A program made the position numbers and the translations under genes. Below, one piece after another: positions 18,348 to 26,750 of a stretch of 64,000 nt of DNA. The notes under the pieces are model-generated. The model did no database searches. It worked only from the letters and a program-made list of their open reading frames with translations, and was not told where the DNA came from. Numbering within the stretch: position 1 is the first letter of the stretch; each line of letters starts with the position of its first letter. The DNA lies in the IMG/VR virus record IMGVR_UViG_3300027578_000006, positions 190 through 64,189 of that record; one strand, 5' to 3'. This DNA is from a virus (taxonomy: Duplodnaviria > Caudoviricetes).

Positions 18348-21270
18348 CGGAACGTCTGGTTATCTTCATGACGGACACACGCATCGGTGGTCCTTTGGTT
18401 TTGGCGGTCATGTCTTTCTTGGGCATATACGACACCATGAACTGCTCTTCCAGATACTTCTTGAAGTCGGCGTAACCGAAGCTCATGGTGGAGCAAAACG
18501 CTTTTAATAATCGCTCCTCGATGTAGTAGTCCGTGAACCCGACAGTTGCGCCATGCTCAACCCTCCCCATAATTTTAGTTCGTGTGGTTGACGCATCAAT
18601 CGCCCCGCCGTTACCCAACTCAGCCAGAACACCATCCAAGCCATTGAAGCGCACGATGATGAAGCTGCCGTAGTACTCCTGAGTAAACGAGTTCAGTACA
18701 TCTTCAGCAGAGCGTGTGCCGGTGTTGATGGCATTGCGCATGTACCGCACGGCATTGCCGAACGTATCCAACACAGGCTGCATCGGGATGTTGATTGCAC
18801 CGCAATGCTCATCGGAAAACAGAATGCCTGAAGCAACCGCAGCGCCAATAGCAGCCATCCAGAAACGCTCGTCATTGGTAGCACGGTACTCGCCGTACAT
18901 ACGGCGCACTACTTGCGGAACCAGCTCTTTAATCTTGTCCAGATTCTGGACCATATACTCGACGAGCATGTGCCCTGCGACTGCATAGTTATCCGCCAGC
19001 GACTTAATGATCTCAATCTCATGTGGTTCCCATGTAAGTACATCGTTCATTGCAAACTCAAGCACACGCCGCAGTTCGCCTTCCGCAGAATGGGATTGAG
19101 CGCCTGTGAAGTAGTCCACCACGTACGTGTTGGAAGACATGATGGCCGTGTCCATCCACGTGGATAAGTTCATGCGCTCCTTGTTGGAGCCAGACTCCAT
19201 ACGCTCCTTGCCCCGCCCGTTGGTCATGTCCAGTACGAACTCGGAGAACCACCCAAAGTCTTTCCGGTTCTTCGCCGTGATCTCATCCGTTATCAGGGGG
19301 ATGCTGTGCAAGAGACCAAGGCGCTGTTGCATGGCCACAGGAGACGTACCTTTACTGGTACGGTAGTGCACCGGGTGCCCCCAGACAGAAGCCGCAGCTT
19401 CCAGCGCCAACGATTTACCTGTACCGGAGTTGGTTGAGCCGCAGTGGAACGTCATGCCGTAAATGCCTGTGAAGCGCATAAGCGGCCCCCCTGCCCCGGC
19501 CAGCATGATGCACACGTGCTGCCACATCTTCTTCTGGATGAACAGGTTGATGACCGCCCGCCACTGCTCGATTGAGCCGGTGGGTTTGGTGTTGGCAACG
19601 ATATTCTCCAGCCCTTCCATGGGCACTTCGATCTGGCCAGTGGGCGTATAGATTTTCCCGGCAAAGACGAACGTATCATCCGCTTGCCAGCCGTAGCTGG
19701 TGGGCACACTGACTGTGCGCTTCTCAACGCTGACCTTCTCCACACAGGCACGGACGTAGTCGTACAGGTTCTTGTCGTTACCTGAGCCGAAGGACGCCAG
19801 AATGTTCTGGTTGGCAAGGTGCTTCATGGTCTCATCCTTACTGACAACGCTCTTCTGGGGAATGGTGATGGTGCTTGGGTTGCCGTTCCTGATCGCCATC
19901 ATGTGTACCGTGTGTTCGCCCCCGGAGTTCAGGATGTCCACAGGGAACAAGTCGTAGGGAATGAGCATGATCTGGCGCTTGATCTTGTTGCCGTTAGCGT
20001 CCTCGTCATCCTTCTCGATGAATACCCCGCCCTGCTTGCCGTAGGCATAACCCTTGGGTGGTTCAGGACGCAGCACCTTGCGGGCATACGCCTCGTTCTC
20101 CACCTGCACATCGATCTCTTTGGGCGCTACCTCAACCGCATACTCGCGCCCCAGTGCCAGCGGGTTTGTGATCTTGCCCCAGTGTACACATTGTGTACAC
20201 ACGCCGGGATTCTCGGAATCGAACTTAGTGCAGGGATACGGACCTTTGATCTCCCGCAGCTTGGTGTTCATCCGGTCTTCGTCATACGGGTGAAGCTGAG
20301 ACAGCCAGATGACGGCCTTGGGCGCTTCCTCACACTTCTGCGCTATCGACAGCAGCCCGCGCCACAGCGGCTCCATGCCATCCTGCTCGGCGTTCTCCAT
20401 GTAGTACGCAAGCTGACCGCAGCCCGTGCCCTGCTTGGTGCGATCAAATATCTTGCGAAACTTAGTCACCGAGTTCTCGAACAGCTTGACGCTGGTGCCT
20501 GTGGTTTCCGTATTGGCAGGTAGCGTTGGGCGTTGACCGGGAAGCTCGACCACGTTGGCCGGGGGTGTGGGCTTGGACTCGTAGGGTGTACCGGCCAGAT
20601 GCTTGGTGACCAGCGCCTTGATGTCCTCAATATCAAAGAAGTCGCCCTCGTTCATGAAGCGCACGTTGGTGACGCCTCTGACCTTCTTGCCGCTCTTGAC
20701 TCCGTTATTGATCGTGCCCGGCACCCGCAGGATACGTGATGGGTCACCCGTTACAGTCGCGTCAATAGCCAGCTTCTTGGAGAAGCACAGCCGCTTGAAC
20801 TGCTCGGCCACCGGCTTCCACGCCGACTTGGGCATCGCTTCTTTCAGCGGCCAGTATGCGTGTACCCCACCGCCCGAATGGACGAACCAAGGCTGGCCAA
20901 GACCTGACAGCCCGACCTCATCGATGAACGCCATGACGGCTTCGAACCCCGCCTTGGGAGACGCGTACGCTTTCTGTTTGATTACGCCGCTTGCATCCGG
21001 CAAGTCCAGCGGGTGATTACAGTCCACATCAATAGCGATGCACTTGACCATCTCCACATTGGGCGCTGACCTGTCATCGGGCTTTTTAAATGTGCCCAGT
21101 GCAAAGTACGTGTCATACCCATTCAGCTTGCAACTTTCAATCGTCTGCTCAAGTTCCTCCAGTGTCTCCTTGTACACGTGCTCTTTGTACTTCGATGTCA
21201 GTTCAACCACGCAGTAGTACCCGTTACCCGGTGGTGGGAGAACCGCCGCCATAAAATCAAGCGGGTTCAT
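18304..21270 (-). CDS. primase-helicase (AEP/RepB-like primase, Cys cluster, DUF927-like and P-loop helicase domains)
   Basis: AIDVD, SGGGVHAYW, RILRVPGT, PYPC..C..C, Walker A SGTGKS. Confidence 0.85.
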   Translation of the reverse strand: MNPLDFMAAVLPPPGNGYYCVVELTSKYKEHVYKETLEELEQTIESCKLNGYDTYFALGTFKKPDDRSAPNVEMVKCIAIDVDCNHPLDLPDASGVIKQKAYASPKAGFEAVMAFIDEVGLSGLGQPWFVHSGGGVHAYWPLKEAMPKSAWKPVAEQFKRLCFSKKLAIDATVTGDPSRILRVPGTINNGVKSGKKVRGVTNVRFMNEGDFFDIEDIKALVTKHLAGTPYESKPTPPANVVELPGQRPTLPANTETTGTSVKLFENSVTKFRKIFDRTKQGTGCGQLAYYMENAEQDGMEPLWRGLLSIAQKCEEAPKAVIWLSQLHPYDEDRMNTKLREIKGPYPCTKFDSENPGVCTQCVHWGKITNPLALGREYAVEVAPKEIDVQVENEAYARKVLRPEPPKGYAYGKQGGVFIEKDDEDANGNKIKRQIMLIPYDLFPVDILNSGGEHTVHMMAIRNGNPSTITIPQKSVVSKDETMKHLANQNILASFGSGNDKNLYDYVRACVEKVSVEKRTVSVPTSYGWQADDTFVFAGKIYTPTGQIEVPMEGLENIVANTKPTGSIEQWRAVINLFIQKKMWQHVCIMLAGAGGPLMRFTGIYGMTFHCGSTNSGTGKSLALEAAASVWGHPVHYRTSKGTSPVAMQQRLGLLHSIPLITDEITAKNRKDFGWFSEFVLDMTNGRGKERMESGSNKERMNLSTWMDTAIMSSNTYVVDYFTGAQSHSAEGELRRVLEFAMNDVLTWEPHEIEIIKSLADNYAVAGHMLVEYMVQNLDKIKELVPQVVRRMYGEYRATNDERFWMAAIGAAVASGILFSDEHCGAINIPMQPVLDTFGNAVRYMRNAINTGTRSAEDVLNSFTQEYYGSFIIVRFNGLDGVLAELGNGGAIDASTTRTKIMGRVEHGATVGFTDYYIEERLLKAFCSTMSFGYADFKKYLEEQFMVSYMPKKDMTAKTKGPPMRVSVMKITRRSDEEDFTGNVPLVAA

Positions 21271-21287
21271 AGTTATCCTTTATTGTT

Positions 21288-21500
21288 TTAATCGAACAAC
21301 GGAAGTTGGTTTGGGTCTGATGTTTTGTAGTCGGTTGCGCGTATCTGTGCCGCTTCAACAAACGTAGCCAAGCGGCGAATAAGTTCTTTCTGAAAGTCGA
21401 TGGGCATACCGACATCGGGTTCAAACATCAAGAGCGATGCGCTCAGGAGTTCTTTGTCGGTTAAGGCTTTAGGTTGTATTCTTTGCATATTCTTCTCCAT
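21288..21500 (-). CDS. hypothetical protein with C-terminal QLPLF (possible sliding-clamp-binding motif)
   Basis: ends NQLPLFD, resembling QL[SD]LF. Confidence 0.55.
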   Translation of the reverse strand: MEKNMQRIQPKALTDKELLSASLLMFEPDVGMPIDFQKELIRRLATFVEAAQIRATDYKTSDPNQLPLFD

Positions 21501-21742
21501 GCTTCGTCAGCGGTTTTAGATGACTGCATAATCTTTAGCATCAGTTCGACACGGTCTTGGTAGCCGACAAACACTTCGGTCTTACCCATCATCCAGTTAT
21601 AAACAGTCTGTCGTGTCACACCAAGCACGTATGCAATCTTGGTTACAGGAAATTCCAGATAGATAGCCCAACGCCCAAGCTGGTTGCCCGGTGTCTTAGG
21701 CGCTGCTGCAACGGCATCTATAATTTTTTGAGAGTAGGCCAT
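21461..21742 (-). CDS. helix-turn-helix DNA-binding protein (Cro/XRE-like)
   Basis: VTKIAYVLGVTRQTVYNWMMG. Confidence 0.8.
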   Translation of the reverse strand: MAYSQKIIDAVAAAPKTPGNQLGRWAIYLEFPVTKIAYVLGVTRQTVYNWMMGKTEVFVGYQDRVELMLKIMQSSKTADEAWRRICKEYNLKP

Positions 21743-21762
21743 GTGGTTTATGTGTGGTTAGA

Positions 21763-21848
21763 AGTGCGGGGTCACTGAGCTATGACTAGTTCCGAAAGGA
21801 TACCCAGCCCCCGCTGCCGGTGTTATTAGCGCCACCTCCGGCTGGGCT
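21763..21848 (-). ncRNA. putative structured RNA B (alternative stems/pseudoknot) upstream of the HTH gene
   Basis: GCCGG/CCGGC, GCCCAGCC/GGCUGGGU, GCGGGG/CCCCGC and CUGGGU/GCUCAG complementarities. Confidence 0.45.
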
Positions 21849-21855
21849 ATTGGGT

Positions 21856-21969
21856 GGGGTACTCGCTGCGTCTGTCGCCTTGCTTGGCTCAGGGCGCCTG
21901 ATTGATCCTGAACAGGTGTGCCTACTCAACCCACTTAACAATCAGTACTCACAGCATCCGCTTTCCCCC
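21856..21969 (-). ncRNA. putative structured RNA A with loop-E (bulged-G) motif
   Basis: GGGG-GAA-AGCGGAUGCUGU...ACAGACGCAGCG-AGUA-CCCC. Confidence 0.5.
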
Positions 21970-21975
21970 GTAGCT

Positions 21976-22929
21976 TTACTCGTCGTCCCAGTCAGCCACG
22001 ATGTCGGCCAGCTTGCCCTTCTTCTCAGGCACAGCGGATGGCTTCGAAGATTCCTTGCGAACTTCTGGCTCGGACTCATCTTCTTCAACGACTTCGGCTT
22101 TCTTCTTGGTGGTCTTGGCCTTGGGTGCTGGTGCTTCCTCTTCGGCCTCAACGACAGGTGCTTTACCCGGCAGAGCAGGGGCGGCGTTTGATTTCACGCC
22201 ATCTGTCTGCGCCACAGTCATCACGACTGCACGTTGTGCGTCTGTGCTGTCAGCTTGCGTCTTGACCACGGCGTACTCGTCATTGGTCAACCAACGGATC
22301 GGAGCAAAGAACAGCTTGGGTGACTCCGCTTTGGTATCGAACTTCATGCGGGTAACGATCTGCTCTGGGTTGATCGGTGGGTTGGACAAGGCTAGATGAC
22401 GCGCAAATGCCTGAAGCGGGCGCTTGTCGCCGTCTTCCTTACCGAACACCGATGTCGCTGGCAACGTCAACTGCATGACATCACCACCGGGGTTATTCTC
22501 CAACACCACAGCCAGACGCTGCTGATAACGGCAAGCGCGGCTATTACCCTGACCCGAACCGGCTTGGTTCTGTGGGCACGACAGGCATGTCTGCGCTTGT
22601 TTGTTTCTCGCACCAGCATCAGGCTTCTCGCCATCGTTAGACCAGCAGTCAGGTGCAGCAGCGGCAGCATCTTTGTCGTATGCACCAGCGTAAAAAATAC
22701 GGCTGACCTTGGGTGCGGCCTTGACGATAATCACATCGAGGTGACGGTCTTCGATGGCAGCAATCTCTTTACCACCCGACACCAGACGGAACACGCCGCC
22801 TTTGATCGAGATGCGCTTGACGCTACCACCAGTGCCACCACCGGTCAGAGCCAGTGCGGTTTCAGACAGTTCGTTGTTACGTGCGAAGTCGGGTACTTGT
22901 GCGGGATTGAATACAGTTAGATCGGACAT
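21976..22929 (-). CDS. single-stranded DNA-binding-like protein
   Basis: beta-rich core with Cys cluster and acidic/aromatic tail (DIVADWDDE), in the replication module. Confidence 0.6.
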   Translation of the reverse strand: MSDLTVFNPAQVPDFARNNELSETALALTGGGTGGSVKRISIKGGVFRLVSGGKEIAAIEDRHLDVIIVKAAPKVSRIFYAGAYDKDAAAAAPDCWSNDGEKPDAGARNKQAQTCLSCPQNQAGSGQGNSRACRYQQRLAVVLENNPGGDVMQLTLPATSVFGKEDGDKRPLQAFARHLALSNPPINPEQIVTRMKFDTKAESPKLFFAPIRWLTNDEYAVVKTQADSTDAQRAVVMTVAQTDGVKSNAAPALPGKAPVVEAEEEAPAPKAKTTKKKAEVVEEDESEPEVRKESSKPSAVPEKKGKLADIVADWDDE

Positions 22930-22937
22930 ATAGATTC

Positions 22938-23342
22938 TCACTTAGTAGGTTTAGTCACACGAACTTCGAAGTCCGTGTATGCGTTTAATCCGGGCGGTAC
23001 AAGTGCCGGATTTTCTTCAAGGAACCGCGCCATATTGGATTGCGCAATCCGTTTCTCCAACAGGTCTACGACATCGTGCTCGATGATGAACTTCTTGAAC
23101 GAGTCCCAGTCCTGTGTGTTGTAACGGGTTTTGTTTACCAATGACACGGTACCGAAGGTGGTGTTGACCGACTTGACGCCAAGCGCTTTCATCTGGTCTT
23201 TCATTGCGAAACGGAGTTCGTCTTGCTGTGCTTTGAGTGCTTCCAATTTGGTGTCGTACTCTTGCGTAAGCGTGTCGATCTCTGTCTTGATCTTGCGATA
23301 AATTTTCGCAAGCTTATCCAGCGGAATGATCTCGTCACTCAT
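22938..23342 (-). CDS. coiled-coil protein, Gam/Gp157-like
   Basis: N-terminal coiled coil, then FGTVS..DWDSF pattern. Confidence 0.5.
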   Translation of the reverse strand: MSDEIIPLDKLAKIYRKIKTEIDTLTQEYDTKLEALKAQQDELRFAMKDQMKALGVKSVNTTFGTVSLVNKTRYNTQDWDSFKKFIIEHDVVDLLEKRIAQSNMARFLEENPALVPPGLNAYTDFEVRVTKPTK

Positions 23343-23361
23343 TTGCTTCTCCTATTGTTTT

Positions 23362-23377
23362 TGTCTAGCGTTTGACA
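23362..23377. promoter_or_regulatory. 16-bp operator-like palindrome
   Basis: TGTCTAGCGTTTGACA directly downstream of a -10 box. Confidence 0.6.
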
Positions 23378-23405
23378 GATTACTGCGGTTTGGTTTTGAT
23401 TGCAA
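23377..23405 (-). promoter_or_regulatory. sigma70-like promoter
   Basis: TTGCAA-17 nt-TAATCT, then AGGAG RBS and ATG 23342. Confidence 0.6.
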
Positions 23406-23412
23406 CCCCCTT

Positions 23413-24975
23413 TCACGTTTTTATTTCAGCGTTGAACATCTCAGTTAGTAGAGTGTTATCTGTGACTTTGCCCTCCAGCGCTTTGAACATACGCTTCTCA
23501 ATCGGACTGCCTTGAATATGAATAACGGTCACTTTGTCTGAGTTCTGCCCCTTGCGGTCAGCCCGTGCGATGCACTGGATATATTGTTCAACAGACATCA
23601 ACGGACCGAAGAACACCACCGTGTCCGCCGCAGTCAGAGTGATACCGTGTGCAGTTGCTTGAGGCTGCATGACAAGTACTCGTGGGTCTTTCTCTGTTTG
23701 GAAACGTCGAATAATGTCTGCGCGTTTGGGCGGTGTGATGTCACCGTGGATGACCTCGGCAGTGATGTTTCTCTTGAGCAAGTGCGTGTGTATGGTGCTG
23801 ATGGTGCTGCGGAACAGCGCGAAGATGATGACCTTGCGTGAGGTCTCTTCCAGTATTTCCTCCAGCACCGACAGGCGTGGGGCAGCATCGAACTCGATGA
23901 CTTCCTTGTCGTCTGTGTATGCTGCACCGCATGATATTTGCAAGAGCTTAGATACCCCGGCAGCAGCATTCACAGCGGTGATGGTCTCACCTGCTGCTTG
24001 CACCATCATGCGTTCCTTCAGCAGGTTGTAGTACTTGGCTTGCTGTGGTGTCAGTGGTACCTCTCGCGTCATGGTGAGTACTGGTGGTAAGTCAAGGCAC
24101 TGCTCTTTGGTGTAGCGTATGGCCGGTTGCAAGGCTTCATGAACATCCTCCGCTGCGCTGGCCTTGGGCACCCACTTAAACTGGGTGACTTTGTTCATAA
24201 CCTTATCGCGCCAGCCTGTGAAGAACTTAGGCACACCATCAGGGTTGACCAGACGCGCCAAGCCGTACGCATCCGCAGGGGACTGCGATGCGGGAGTACC
24301 CGTCATCATCCACAGGTGGGTGTTGGGTCCGACGATAGACTTTAGCGCCTTCCAACGCTTGGTGGTCATGGTCTTGTATGCGTTGGCTTCATCGACAATG
24401 ATTAGATCGAAGCGTCCGTCATTAGCAATCTCATCTGCAATCAGATTCAAGCCATCGTAGTTAGCAATCACGAACTCGTAGTCTTGCTGAACCATCTCGA
24501 TACGGCGACTAGCTTGCGCGTGGTGCGCGATAACGGCAGAGCGATGAATGATGCTGTTGTTCAAGTCGCCCAGCCATGCTGACTGCATGATGGAGAGCGG
24601 GCACAGAATGAGACAGCGCCGCACATCCCCACGTTGCATCAAGTAGTCCGCAGCCCATAGTGCCGAAAGAGTCTTTCCAGTGCCCGGCTCCGAAAACACG
24701 AACGCTTTCTTATGCATAGTGAGAAACGCTGCCGTTTCAATCTGGTGCGCCATCGGTTTGTATTTACCCGGCCAGTTGTACCGCCTAGTGATTGGCGAAG
24801 GAACATCTTTGACACCAAGGTTTTTGAGGACACGCGCTTCATCAAGTCCCCAATAAACTGCGATCTCCGCTGTACCATCTGCGCTCCTATTGAGAACTTT
24901 GTGTTTAGGAATTACCCGATACTTATCGGGGTTGCGAGTGCGAAAGAGCAACGCTTTGTTATCGACAATCTGCAT
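23413..24975 (-). CDS. SNF2-family helicase
   Basis: EPGTGKT, IIVDEA, MTGTP, AHGITLT, QCIARADRKGQ. Confidence 0.9.
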   Translation of the reverse strand: MQIVDNKALLFRTRNPDKYRVIPKHKVLNRSADGTAEIAVYWGLDEARVLKNLGVKDVPSPITRRYNWPGKYKPMAHQIETAAFLTMHKKAFVFSEPGTGKTLSALWAADYLMQRGDVRRCLILCPLSIMQSAWLGDLNNSIIHRSAVIAHHAQASRRIEMVQQDYEFVIANYDGLNLIADEIANDGRFDLIIVDEANAYKTMTTKRWKALKSIVGPNTHLWMMTGTPASQSPADAYGLARLVNPDGVPKFFTGWRDKVMNKVTQFKWVPKASAAEDVHEALQPAIRYTKEQCLDLPPVLTMTREVPLTPQQAKYYNLLKERMMVQAAGETITAVNAAAGVSKLLQISCGAAYTDDKEVIEFDAAPRLSVLEEILEETSRKVIIFALFRSTISTIHTHLLKRNITAEVIHGDITPPKRADIIRRFQTEKDPRVLVMQPQATAHGITLTAADTVVFFGPLMSVEQYIQCIARADRKGQNSDKVTVIHIQGSPIEKRMFKALEGKVTDNTLLTEMFNAEIKT

Positions 24976-24984
24976 TTACTTCCC

Positions 24985-25218
24985 CTATTTATTATCACTT
25001 CTGTTTGCTGACTTGCTGCGAACTCTGAGGTTGCTCTTTGTGGTTGTGCCGCCTGAACGCAGTGGCTTCTTGTGGTCTACGTCTTTGCCGTCACCTTTAG
25101 TAACAGCGCCAGTCTTCTCCATCATGCGTCTAGCTTTAACTCGCTCGGCACGGTTTTTAATTTGCTCTGGTTGAGCGTGGTAGTTGTTGTACTCAGCTTT
25201 GTAGTTGCGCGTTGCCAT
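24985..25218 (-). CDS. minimal HNH endonuclease
   Basis: DVDHKKPLRSGG...SNLRV....NR. Confidence 0.75.
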   Translation of the reverse strand: MATRNYKAEYNNYHAQPEQIKNRAERVKARRMMEKTGAVTKGDGKDVDHKKPLRSGGTTTKSNLRVRSKSANRSDNK

Positions 25219-25513
25219 GATCTTTCCTTTGCTTAACCAAGTTTTTAAGAGAGTCCACCACACGCGGTGGGTGTGCTTTAGTGCTCACTCGCATTACGTC
25301 GTTTGCCAAGCGAAGCATTAACACCGTGGCACATTCAGGATGCATCCATATCGTGACGTACCCTTCTTTGATGCCGGGGTCTTCTGATCGTACTGACTGC
25401 CCATGCCCGCTGTGTTCAACAGCGTTTTCTTGCTCTGTTATTTCTTTAAAGCACACATGACATTTGCAAGGGGTCATGTAAAAATCATTTGGGTTGTGTA
25501 GCGACATAATCAA
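25193..25513 (-). CDS. hypothetical Zn-finger-like protein
   Basis: CHVC...HPEC. Confidence 0.55.
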   Translation of the reverse strand: MIMSLHNPNDFYMTPCKCHVCFKEITEQENAVEHSGHGQSVRSEDPGIKEGYVTIWMHPECATVLMLRLANDVMRVSTKAHPPRVVDSLKNLVKQRKDHGNAQLQS

Positions 25514-26178
25514 CTCCTTGGGTGGTTAGCACAGGTGGTTACAGGACACCACGGGCATAGTGGAGAAGGTCTTGGGTTCCACACGCCTGTTGCATGAGCC
25601 TGCTCGATACGAGCGATGCGCTCTCTGTAATCCCACCACGCGGGTTCTGCTTCGTCCACGGTCATACTCAGCTTGACCATGTCATTCTTCACTACGAATA
25701 ACAGCGCAGCATTCACTTTGCGAATGTGCGGGAAGTGCGCAAACACCATCATGGCCATGAGCTTTAACTGTTCACGGTCTGGGTATTTGTTGTTGCCTGT
25801 CTTGTAGTCCACAATCCAAGCGGTTAGGTTATCGTCATCAATAATCAAAAGGTCTGCGATACCTCTGACCCACACAGCCGCATCCTTCCAGCCGCATGGG
25901 GTTAGGTCAATGGTCAGCGCCATCTGGTGTTCGCATAGCTTCCTGCCCGGCTTGGCAACCAGTGCATCGAGCGTGTCCTTGACGAAGGCGAACTGCTCTG
26001 GGATGGGTGTGCCATCCCGCACGTAGTCCTCTGCTGCCTTGTGAAGTTCGGTGCCGTACTTGGTGGCCTCTGTCTCTTTGAACTGGTAGTTCTTCAAGAC
26101 CCTTACCTCTTGGTAACGCTTGGCACAGCCCTCGTAATCCTTCAAGGCACTGTGCGACCAGACGACTTTATTTTTCAT
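25510..26178 (-). CDS. PD-(D/E)XK exonuclease, Cas4/RecB-like
   Basis: RGIADL..IVDYKTG, QLKLMA, one N-terminal Cys plus CPWCPVTTC. Confidence 0.85.
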   Translation of the reverse strand: MKNKVVWSHSALKDYEGCAKRYQEVRVLKNYQFKETEATKYGTELHKAAEDYVRDGTPIPEQFAFVKDTLDALVAKPGRKLCEHQMALTIDLTPCGWKDAAVWVRGIADLLIIDDDNLTAWIVDYKTGNNKYPDREQLKLMAMMVFAHFPHIRKVNAALLFVVKNDMVKLSMTVDEAEPAWWDYRERIARIEQAHATGVWNPRPSPLCPWCPVTTCANHPRS

Positions 26179-26410
26179 CGGTATCTCTCAAGGGTTCTTG
26201 GCAACGGATAACCGCGAGTCCTGCATGACCCATGTACCCACCGCAGACGGATGACCAGCTTTGCGTGAAGCAGGAAACCTCGCCCTTGTGCGGGCAGTCT
26301 TTAGTGTGTAATGGGAAAGCACCCTCGGTGCTGTTGGGGTACGGCTTAATTGCAACCGCCCTATACGTTTCCATTCTTATTTTTCCATCGTAGTAAATTT
26401 CAGTAATCAT
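26168..26410 (-). CDS. hypothetical protein
   Basis: 80-aa Cys-containing ORF overlapping both neighbours. Confidence 0.5.
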   Translation of the reverse strand: MITEIYYDGKIRMETYRAVAIKPYPNSTEGAFPLHTKDCPHKGEVSCFTQSWSSVCGGYMGHAGLAVIRCQEPLRDTDEK

Positions 26411-26736
26411 TCAAACCTCGCAGAGTCAATGGCTTCGGACAGCCGGTGGGCAAACTCGGTAACGAACTTCTCGTTGCGGTTAAGTCGATGCTCATCCATG
26501 TCATACAGGATGGCATGTACCAACTCATGCCAGAACGAATCGTTCATTTCTTTTCTTGAGTAGCGCCGACCAGTGACGCCACTCTTCTTACCGACTTCAA
26601 TACGGTTGCGCTCGTAATACACCCGAGCCATATCACCGCTCTGCAACATCGTCTCCAGTATGTCGATGGTGTACATCTTCTTACCGACTCTGATCTTGCG
26701 TGGCAACTCTAACTTCTTCTTTCTGGTTTTATCCAA
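26407..26736 (-). CDS. small zincin-like metallopeptidase
   Basis: FWHELVHAIL (HExxH) followed by NEKFV. Confidence 0.7.
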   Translation of the reverse strand: MDKTRKKKLELPRKIRVGKKMYTIDILETMLQSGDMARVYYERNRIEVGKKSGVTGRRYSRKEMNDSFWHELVHAILYDMDEHRLNRNEKFVTEFAHRLSEAIDSARFE

Positions 26737-26750
26737 TTGCTTCTCCTTTA

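Noticed and set aside
21743-21975. tRNA or a known ribozyme class in the structured intergenic region
   Set aside because: No cloverleaf, and no hammerhead, twister or HDV-like core that I can match by eye; kept only as unnamed RNA candidates.
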